This document shows positions 1 through 9,529 of a stretch of DNA of 64,000 bases, piece by piece (position 1 is the first letter of the stretch; each line of letters starts with the position of its first letter). The stretch covers positions 1 through 64,000 of the forward strand of contig QPMI01000101.1 in NCBI GenBank assembly GCA_004431415.1, given 5' to 3'. This DNA is from Cyanophora paradoxa CCMP329. Lineage: Eukaryota > Plantae > Glaucophyta. Under the pieces are notes generated by a model. It did no database searches. It was given only the letters and a program-made list of their open reading frames with translations, and was not told the DNA's origin. A program made the position numbers and the translations under genes.

Positions 1-1
1 A

Positions 2-2990
2 GAGCGGGAGGAGAGCGAGCGCGCCCGGATCGCCCTGCAGCGCCTCCTCAACGCGCGCGTAAGCCGATGGCACTTCGGTGAGCGTGCACGTTCACTTGTC
101 GACCCTTTCTCCTGCCCGGCGCTGGCCGCCCGCGATGAGACGAGCGCCGCGCGCGGCGCAGACATGCTCAACGACGCGCGGCGGAACGAGGCGTACGACC
201 GGGCGATCCGGCGCGCCGTGCGGCCCGGTGACGTCGTCCTGGACCTCGGCTGCGGATCGGGCCTCCTCTCCCTCATGGCCCTGCGGTGCCCGCCGGTTCC
301 GAAGATCGCGTGCTTGGGTGCGGCCTCTCAGCCCGAGGCGCGCGCGCAGGGCGGGCGCGCGGCTCGTGTATGCGGTCGAGGAGGAGGCGTCGCTGTGCGG
401 GGCGGCGGAGCGGGCGGCGGCGGCGCACGGGGCGGGCGGGCGCGTGCGCGTGCTGCGCGGGGCGAGCGAGGCGCTGCGGGTCGGGCCGGGGCTCGACCTC
501 GAGGCCCCCGCCGACGTCGTCGTCTCAGAGGTCTTCGACTCCGCCCTCGTCGGTGCGCCCCGCCCCCGCCCCCGCCCGGCCCCCGCCTCATCGCGCGTTG
601 CAGGGGAAGGGGCGCTGGGGTCGCTGGGGGACGCGGCGCGGCGCCTCCTGCGCCCGGCGGCACCCTTGTGCCCCGCTCGGCCGCCCTTCACGCCGCCCCG
701 GTCGAGTCGCCCACCCTCCGCCGCCGCTCCCGCCCCCTCGGCCCCGTCTGCGGCCTCGACCTCTCCCCCTGGGCCCCGCGAGGCCCGCCCCCCCTCCCTG
801 CCCCCCGCCCTCGGCTCCTCACGGCCGCCCGCGCAGGCCGGAGAGCCCGAGTTCGAGCCGCTGCGGGGGAGCTCGCACGCGCTCCTGGGGCCCCCCGCCC
901 GCGCCCTCCTCCGCTTCGACTTCGCTTCGGCGGGCGACGGGCCCCGCGAGGCCTCCGCCGAGCTCCGGTCCGCCCCGTACCCCCCCCCCCCACGCGGCGC
1001 CCGCGCACCCCTCAGCGGCCGTGCGGGCGCCCCCAGGGCCGACCGGGACGGTCTCTGCGACGCGATCGCCTACTGGTTCGACCTGCGCCTCGGCGGTCCG
1101 GCGCACCCCCGTGAATTATCCTATACCCCCCCTCTCACGCTCCCGGGGTGCAGAGGAGGAGGACGGAACGCCCATCGAACTCTCGACGGAGCCGGCGCCC
1201 GGGGGGGAATGGGACGGCCCCCGGCACTGGACCCAGGCGCCTCCCTAGACGACCTCGTACCCCCGCCGGCCCCGACCGAGCGCGCCCCGCAGGCCTTCCA
1301 CGTCTTCGCGGAGCCGGTACCCCTGCGCGGCGGGGCGCGCTACGTTCTCCGCGCAGTCGCCGAGGGCCGCCGGTGCGCGGGCTGTCCCCCTCAGGCGCCT
1401 GGCCCCGCCGATCCTCCCGCAGGGTGCGCTTCGATCTTCGGCCGGCGGGCGAGCCGCCCTCCCCGCCCGCGCCGCCCGCCCCGGGCCCCGGGCCGCTCTC
1501 CAGGGCCCACTACGCCCTTCTCAACGACCCCGCGAGGCCCGCTCCGTACCCCCGCAGCCTTCGTTCGCCCCTCACGCCCCTTCGCAGGTGCGCCGCCCTC
1601 GAGGCCGGCATCGCCGCTGTATCCCCCGGCCGACGGTGCCGTACCCCCTTCCCGTCCTCCACCCCCGCCGCTAATTCTCCTTGCAGGGTACTGGAGCTCG
1701 GCTGCGGGACGGCGCTCCCCTCCATGCTCGCGCACCGGTACCCCGCCGTCCCTTCCTCCCCCCCTCGACTCGGCCTGAGCCAGCGGCAGGCACGGGGCGG
1801 CGGGCGTCGTCTGCCTCGAGCTCGCCGCCGGGCGCGCCGCCGCCGCCGCCGCCGCCCTCGCCGCCAACGGCCTCTCGGATTCCGTCCAGGCGCCCCGCGC
1901 CCCCTCCTCGCCGCCCCTCTCTGCCGCCTCGAACCGCTTCGCGCCTCTCGCCAGGTCGCCCAGTCCCTAGGGGAGCTCGAGCGGGGCGCCCCCTTCGGCG
2001 CAGCGGTCTCCGAGGCCCTCGACGCCCCGCTCCTCCACCCGGAGGGGTCCCTGGCGCGTCCCCGCACCCCCCTCTTGCAAGACTCTCTCACGGGCGCGCG
2101 CGCCAGTGCGGCTTCGCCCACGCGGTGCGATTCTGGAGGCGGGTGGCGGCGCTGCGGGCGGGCGGGCTCCTCGAGAGGGGCGCCGCCCTCGTCCCCTCCC
2201 GCGCCCTCCTCGTGGGCCAGGCAAAACCCCTTCCAGCAGCCCAGATATGGCACCCCCCGACAACCCCCGCAGGCGATCGAGAGCCCGTCGCTGCGCCGGG
2301 GGTACGACGCTCTGGACCCGGCCGCCCACGCCGGCTTCGACCTGTACCCCATGCTCGAGTACCGCTCCGCTGACTACGACGAGCTACCCCTCCAGGCATC
2401 TCCCTCCCCCTCCCCTCTCTCTTCCGATCCCAATCGGGCCTGGCTCGCAGGGGGAGCGCTGGGCGGCGCTGGGGGAGGCGGTGCCCCTGCTGGAGCTCGA
2501 CTTCGCGGGGGAGCCGCGGGCCCTCCACGCCAGCCCCACCCTCCCGTGCCCCTTCCCCACACCTGCCCCCGCTGCTTCTTTTGCCGGGGCACCGAGACGC
2601 GTCTCTCGTCTCTGGCCGGCGAGCGCAGCGTGGCGCGGGACGGCACGGCCCACGCCGTTCTCATGTGGCTCGAGGTCTGTATTCGACCCGGTTGAGCTCC
2701 CCGCGTGCTTTGCGAGCCCTGCACCAGGTCCGCACTGGCCCCAGCGCCTCGTTCACCACCGGCCCCGGCGCCGCCGGCTACACCAGGCAGGTGCGACGCG
2801 CGTCCCGGCGTGCCGCCGCCTCCTCTCGTCCCCTCCCGGAATCGAGCCCGCGCCGGATCAGATGGTCCAGTTCCTCCGGTACCCCGTCGCCGTCGGCGGG
2901 GGCGGGTCGCTTCCATTGCGGGTGTCGGCGCTGGCGGCGGGAGAGGAGTCTCTGGAGGTCGGGGCGGCCCCCGGGGCGCTGGAGGCGGCT
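2..2990 (+). CDS. PRMT7/PRMT9-family protein arginine methyltransferase, two tandem methyltransferase modules; 5' end lies outside the window; multi-exon
   Basis: Spliced translation gives VSRWHF|DMLNDARRNEAY, motif I VLDLGCGSGLLS, double-E loop VVSEVFDSALV|GEG, LLRPGGTLVP, DAIAYWFDL and RHWTQ|A. A second module follows: HYALLND, RVLELGCGT, HAVLMWLE. The WHFxMLND motif resembles PRMT9. Apparent 1-nt indels occur near 653 and 775. Confidence 0.85.
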
Positions 2991-5224
2991 GCGGGCGCGG
3001 CCGCCGCCGTGCGGCGCCGCCTCGCCGGCCTGTCGGACCCGTCGCCCCTCGCCGCCTACGCGCGGCCCGGGCTCTCCGCGAGGCCCTCGCCCCGCCGGCC
3101 CCGGCTTCGGCCCGCCCGCCGGCGCCGGCGGCGGGCGGGCGGCGGTGGCGGCGGCGGTGTGGGCCGGCCTGCTGCGGGCGCTGCGGGGCGGGGCGGGGGC
3201 CGGGGAGGGGGCGGGGCGGCGGGAGGCCGGGGTGGGGAACGCGGCGGGGGTGCTCGCGGCGCTCCTCAAGGAGGGCCGCCGCCTCGGCCCCCGGGGGAGC
3301 CCCCCGCGGCCCAGGAGCCGCCCGAGGCCTCCCCCTCGCCCCCGGCCCCCAAGCGGCCCCGCCGCCTCCTCGAGGGCGGCGAGGACGGCTGCCGCGAGTC
3401 CGCCCCCTCCGTCCCCGGCCCCGCCCCCGCCGAGGACTTTGACGGGGCGCTGCGGACGGCCTTCAGCGCCGCGGCCGGCGACGTGCCGCTCCTCCTTCAC
3501 GCCCTCCAGCCCGCCGCCGGACTCGTGCGCCCCGCCCCTTCCCCCCGCGTGACCCTCCGACTCCAAGAGGAAGGAATGCGAAGTAAAGATAGATCGCGCC
3601 CTGCGCTCGAGCCGCCTCGGTCGCGTGGTCCCGAGGAGGCTCCTCGCAGGGCCCCGTGGCGAGGCACGGGCTCCTGCAGCTGCTGCGCGGCCTCGCCAAG
3701 TGCGAGGCGGCGGCCCCCGCCCTCGCCGCCCCGCTCCCCGGCCCGGCCCGCCCCGCCCGCGCCCTCCTCGCCGGCCTCCCCCAGGTCCCCGCAGCGCATC
3801 CGATCCGCCGCTCTCACTTCGCGGCCCCCGACCTTGGAGCGCAGCTGCTCTCGTGCCTGGCGGCGGCGGCAGGCGGGGGCGGCGGGGGCGAGTCGGGGGA
3901 GGAGCGGGCGGCGCTCGTGCCGAGCCGCCTGCGCGTGCGCCCCGTCCTCCCTCCCCGCTCCCCGCCATCGACCGACGCGACCCGCCCCGCCGCAGGCCCT
4001 CCAGACCCTCCTCCTCCTCGTCCCCGGCCCCGCCCCCGCCGCGCGCTCGGCGCCGGCGGCCGCCCCGGCGCCGGACGAGGCGGCGGCCGAGCGGCTGCTG
4101 GAGGCGCTGGCGCCGTGGGCGAAGGAAGCGGGGCGGGGGCCGGGGGCGGGGGCGAGGAGGACGGGGAGGGGTCGGCGTTCGTGCCGGAGGCGGGGCGGCC
4201 CGGGGCGGCCGAGGGGCCCCTCCGCCGCCTCGGCGCGCGCCTGCTCCTCCGCCTCGCCGCCGCCCGCCCCGCCTCGCGGCGCGCGCCCTCGGGGCGGCCC
4301 TGGGCGGGGGCGGGGCGGCGGGCGCGGCCGCCTGGGGCGCTTCCTGGCGCTCTGCGAGGCGCACGACGAGGCGCTCGTCGACGGCCTCTTCTGCCTCCTG
4401 CGCGCCTGGCCCGCCGCCCCGCGCCTCTGCCCGCACCCCCGCGACGCCCTCGCCGCCCTCGCCGCCGGCCCCGGGGACGCGCAGGCGGGCCGCCCCCCCC
4501 CCCCCCCCTGCCCCCCCCCTGCCCCCCCCCCCCCCCCCCCCCCCCCCTGCCTCTCGCTGACGAGCGGGCAGCTGCTGCTGGACTTCTTGATCTCGGGGAG
4601 ACCGCCTTCCTCCCCTACTTCCTCGAGGCCCTCGCCCACCTCGCCGCCCCGCCGCCCCCTCCCGCCCGCCCCAGCGCCCGCAGCCGCCGCCGCCTCCACG
4701 GCCCGGCGCCCGGGGCCGGGGCCGGGGCCGGGGCCGGGGCGGGAGATGCGGGGCAGGGGTCGGGCCTGGCGGCCCTCGCGGCGGCATACGGACCCGAGAG
4801 CTCGAGCGAGGGCGAGGGCGAGGGTGAGGGCGAGGGCGAGGAGGAGGAGGAGGAGGAGGAGGGGATGAGGCGCGCCGGCCTCGCCGCCTGCCTCTCCGAG
4901 CTGAGGGAGACGGTGCGGGGGGACGGGCAGCGGGGCAGCTCGCGGCTGCGCTCGCTGACGCGGCGCTCGCAGGTGGCGCGGCTGGCGGGGAAGCGGCTCT
5001 TCCCGTACCGCCCGGGGCCCCTCCTGCGGCGCCTCGGGGAGGCCCTCGCCGCCCTGCGCGATGACGGGGAGTGGGGTCCCGAGGGGGAGGGCGCCGCCCC
5101 CGCCCCCGCCAAGGGCGAAGCTTCTGAAGCCGACGTCGAATGCAGCCCAGCGTCTACGTCAGGCTGTGAGACCCCTCCGAGGCCCCTCCCCCAGAATCGC
5201 CCTTCAGGAGAAGAAGGCCCTTAG
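2991..5224 (+). CDS. Lines/LINS1-like region, apparently continuous with the PRMT gene
   Basis: FLALCEAHDEALVDGLFCLL, LLLDFLISGETAFLPYFLEAL and CLSELRET|VARLAGKRLFPYRPGPLLRRL match the Lines motifs LDFLISxETxFLxY and LFPYNxxxLLxxL. TAG at 5222-5224. Several frame slips fall in GC runs. Confidence 0.7.
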
Positions 5225-6349
5225 CCTGTTACTAAGTTAGGTTGGATCCTGTCTTGTCCGCGGCCGTGGGTCCGGAATCCGGATTGAAGCAAATCGAGCT
5301 CCTTCACTGCGTCAAGCCTGGAGCTCCCTGCAATTGGTACCAATTTTCGACCCTGCCCGCCGGCCCGGGCGCCGAGGCGGCCCCTCAGGCCCCCGGAGGC
5401 TCAGGGCCTGGCCCGGCCGGCCTGGGCCATGGGGTCCTTTTTTTTTGCAAGAACGCTGGTCATATTGATGTCACCATCAATAAAGTCAGGCCCTTCTGAT
5501 CCCCTAGCAACTAGGCTACGTGTGAAGATGTGTTGAATGTAGCCTAGTGGAGAATCCTGGGACACCTTCGACCGGGGTCGGTCATTGGGGTCCTACGGCA
5601 GGTACTCGCGCAGTTCCACTTGATACCGCTTGTCCCCGAGGGTAAGCTTCAAGGCTTTCCTTGGCTGCCGAGGCCGTTGAAGGTCGTGAGCAGCAGACGC
5701 TGCATTGGTCGTGTCCTTCATCCTCCTCCCGCCGCCTCCTCCTCCCGCCTCCTTCTCCTCCCGCCTCCGCCTCCTCCCGCCTCCGCCTCATCTCCTCTAC
5801 CTCCGTCTCCCTCCCTCCTTGCGACCTGCCGAGAGCGGCAGTGTGCAAGCGTAAGGCAGGGCGCGCCGGGCGCACGCACCTTGCCTCTTCCCTCCTCCCT
5901 CCACGACCGGGGGGGCGCTAAGCTCACGGGGAGTCCACGCTAGCCGCGGAACCCCATGAGCCCGTGCCCCGTCCGGTCGTAGAGGAGGAGATGGTAGGAG
6001 GCGGAGATGGTGAGAGAGAGTGCGCATGCGTGAAGACGAGAGGCGGAGGGTGGGGGGCATTGTATACGTGGGCACGTGCACACAGCTGGATTAGTTTGTC
6101 GGAGCCTGACTCGGAGGCCTGGGCCATGGGGTCCTCAGGGCCTGGCCCCTGGGGCAGGCTGGGGGCCCGGGGTCATGATCATCGGGTCATGATCATGACT
6201 CGAGCTCTGATGATCATGAGTCGCGGCCGGGGCGGGCCGCGGCCCCGGGCCCGCGGGGGGCCGGCGGGCCGGCGGCGGCCCAGCGCCAGATTTGAATCAA
6301 TATTCCCGAATCCCGAATTCGAAGTTAGATCCGAACAAGTACTGGCTAC

Positions 6350-7721
6350 CAGTGACATTTTTTCTGGAAGATGTAACGAATTTCGAAATTGTTTCCGAAA
6401 AGGTCCCGACTCCCGAGAGCTCGAGACCCCCCTAATTAGGAATCACTGAATTGCCAAGTTGTTTCTATTTGAGGGGGGTACCATCGTTTTGCCACATTCT
6501 GCGCGAAACACTGCGAAACAACGCATTAGAATGATAGAAAACGTGATAGAAAGGTTCTATAACACGAGAAGAGTCTATCTTAGCTATAGATGTCCAGATC
6601 CGGCACTCAGCCGCCAATTTGCAACAGGGCTGATCATGACAGCTGCAGGGGGCCCGCGGCCGGTACACGCGTTGCCAGCTGTGAATTTCCCTTTTAGAAT
6701 GTCGACGTCGACGTCGCATGTTCTGATGATCTGGAAGACACATCATGGCATAACTGGACAGTTATCATCAAGGAAAGCATGAGAAGGTTACAGGGAGCGT
6801 CAGGCATTAGCGGAATTCGAAGGGCCCTAGCGCTCGCGAGGGGCCGGCGGAATTCGAAATTTAAACAAGCGAGTCCCTGCGGAGCAGGAGTGGCCTTGGG
6901 TCTTGGGGCTTCAAGGCGTGAGGGTGGCAGCTCTTTGTTTTTAAACGGGGGCCGGCGCCCGCAACCGCGCGCGGTTACGGGGGAGGGGGGAGGAGAAACA
7001 GGGGGTCCACTAGGCAAGGGTACACACTCAAGTGAGAGCGTACAGAATTGGGCCGCAAGGGTACAGATATCGATGCGGGGCCCAATCGGCCGCAATTGTA
7101 CCGAGCTATACAGGCCCCGAGGGGCCCATTGGTCGTCTCAGCTGAATGAAAACGACTTTCGGCGCTTTTTGCAACATTGGAGGTGGTTAATAATTATCTA
7201 TGAATCATTCGAAGGTAATTCGCAGTAATAAGGCTCTGTCTAAATTGTTTATTTTGATAATCTTTCAACTAACGCATCAAATACTTTTAAATCCCACATC
7301 GTGGCACACTGCGACCCTGTCTCATACAAATTTGCTGGCCGGCAACGTGGCTCTCCGTTAATTTGGAAACTATTTCCTGGCGAATGGGGTGCGGCCTCTT
7401 CAAATTAATAATTTTCAAATTTCGACTTGGAAGGCCAATGTGATTTGCGCTTTCAATTTTTTCCGGGAAAATGCTTTTCTGTGCTTTTCGACGTGCTGTT
7501 ACTGCCCATTAGAGGCCTCTCACAGGAAAACAGGCCGCACCAACGTGCTCCCCAGGGTCAAAAATGGGGTAGTAGGTGTCTTCAAATATATGAATTTCGC
7601 TTTCTGAAATTTGTGACAAGATACCAACAGACCTAAGGGCCTCTCCTTTCCCCAAGGCCGATATTTCCGAAATATTTCCGAAATGTTTGTTTTTTTGGAG
7701 AAATTCGGAATACCATCACTG
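6350..7721. mobile_element. Non-autonomous hAT-like DNA transposon (1372 bp)
   Basis: Exact 8-bp flanking duplication CTGGCTAC at 6342-6349 and 7722-7729. Ends are CAGTGA...TCACTG, TTTCCGAAA motifs occur near both ends, and the interior is AT-richer. No transposase is recognisable. Confidence 0.75.
7232..7633. mobile_element. Possible nested PIF/Harbinger (Tourist-like) MITE
   Basis: TAA on both sides (7229-7231, 7634-7636), imperfect short inverted ends GGCTCTGT / ACAGACC, and an AT-rich interior. Confidence 0.3.
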
Positions 7722-8011
7722 CTGGCTACGGGTACGAGGCTACCGTAGTACTACGAGCTACTAGCTAGCTATAGTCTTGTACATGTACATGATGTACTGC
7801 ATACCGCGCATTGTGACGGGCCGCGCGTCATTTTTTCTAGACAAAAAAAGCCTTCAAGGAGCCTTGAAGGAGGCCTTTCGAAATCGAGTAGCCTAGTAGC
7901 TATAGGAGGCTGGGAGCCTGGGACAGCTGCCAGCGAAAGCGATCGCCTAGCGACGCCGGCGCCTCCCTAGTTGCGAAACTTCACCCGCCTCTATCGCCTC
8001 AAGCAAACAAG

Positions 8012-8901
8012 ATGCCGCAGAGCATCGGCAAGTGCTTCACGGTGCGCGTCTGCGAACCAACTGGCTGCGGCCGCGGACACGCAGCTCGATCGATATCGCG
8101 CGCGCGAGGCCTGATGATGGCCCCCCTCAGGACAATGGGTGCTCCAACTCCAAGCGCCTCGATGGCACTTTCTCGAAAGACGAGTGCGCATTGATATGTC
8201 TCGGGAGCTCTTGGAAATGCGGCTTTTTCATACGCATGCGCACGCAATCGCAGGTGCTTCAACGACACCAACAAGGGCTTCGCTTGGAAGGCGCTTGCCT
8301 CCCAGGGGGAGAGCAATGCGGCCATGGCATGCGAGAACCAGGCGAAGGGCGAGTGCTTCAAGGCGAATGACTGCACGGGCGAGACGGTAACCATTGGCCA
8401 ATTCTCGCAGAGCTCCACCAAGTGCGCGCGCGCACGTGTACAAGTCGTGCATGGCCTTGAGGCGCCCGCCGCCCGAACGCTAACGGCTCGCGCAGGTGCT
8501 TCAAAGCCAATGGCGGCGCGTCCTACAAGGAGACGTACAGCACGACCTGCACGGTGGTGCGCACGTGCATTTCGAATTCATATAATTAAAATATATTCGA
8601 TCGCGCGAAGCCGAATTCGAATGCGTGACGCGGGGCCGGCGGCCGGCGGCGGCCGCGCGTCGCAGAAAGACTCGCAGCTGGACGAGGATATGCAGGTGGA
8701 GCTCGACCTCGACCTCGCCGAGGCCGACGCCGAACTCTCCGTGCGCCCGCCCCGCCCCGCCCCGCCCGGCGCCGCTGCCGTCGCGGCCCTTCACTGCGGC
8801 CGGCACTGACGCGCGGACCTCGCCCGCCCGCGGCGCCGGCGCCCCGGCCCCAGATGCTCGACGTGGAGGCCGAGTTCGCCGCAGACTTGGCCGACGCCTA
8901 G
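8012..8901 (+). CDS. Small Cys-rich two-repeat protein with an acidic C-terminal tail; unknown function; start uncertain
   Basis: Plausible splicing gives SIGKCFT..DNGCSNSKRLDGTFSKDE|CFNDTNKGFAWK|AKGECFKANDCTGETVTIGQFSQSSTK|CFKANGGASYKETYSTTCTV|KDSQLDEDMQVELDLDLAEADAELS|MLDVEAEFAADLADA*. Confidence 0.55.
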
Positions 8902-9529
8902 GAGCTCGCCGCGAGTCGAGCCGCCGCGCCAGCTCGGGCCCGGCGGCCCCGACACGGCACGCGCCGGCAGGCCCCTTGGGCTATATCTAGCGCTCACCCG
9001 TCTACGATCTAATGTTATGAATGGATCGAAGCTCAAGGAAATAATGACGTGCACGCACGTTATAACCGCGCTCCGATTAGCCTCCCGAAGGGCCGAGGGG
9101 TGGGGTGGGGGGGGGGGGGGGGGGGGGGTGCCACGGTGGGGAGGGGAGGGAGGGGGGGGAGGGTCCGCGCCGCGGGAATTCCGAAAATATCAAGCCTTGC
9201 AAAATTGAACTTGAGCCGGCTGCAGCTGTAGCTTAATATTAGTACCCCTTCCCCCTTCGCCCGCGTCGCCCTCGTCTCTCTTGCAAAGCGCACGTACTAC
9301 GATATCCGTACTATACACACTATTTTGCTGGCGTGACGCAGCGCGCTCTTTGTGCGTATGCTCCGTTCTTAGAAGCAGCGCAGTTATAATTACACACGTA
9401 CATGCTGAGCCGGGCAGGAAATTGATCGAGAGCGGCTGGGTCTGGAGGGGAGCGGGCCGAGGGCGGAGTGGCTAGCGCTGGATGCGGGGCGGGGCGGACG
9501 AGGGGCCGGGCCCGAGGCCAGGGGCGGGG

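Noticed and set aside
2106-4868. 920-aa ORF and other long Pro/Arg/Gly-rich ORFs treated as real proteins
   Set aside because: They result from stop-codon scarcity in GC-rich DNA. The conserved motifs switch frames at intron boundaries.
6459-7228. Transposase ORFs inside the hAT-like element
   Set aside because: The ORFs are short and show no BED finger, DDE or hAT dimerisation motifs.
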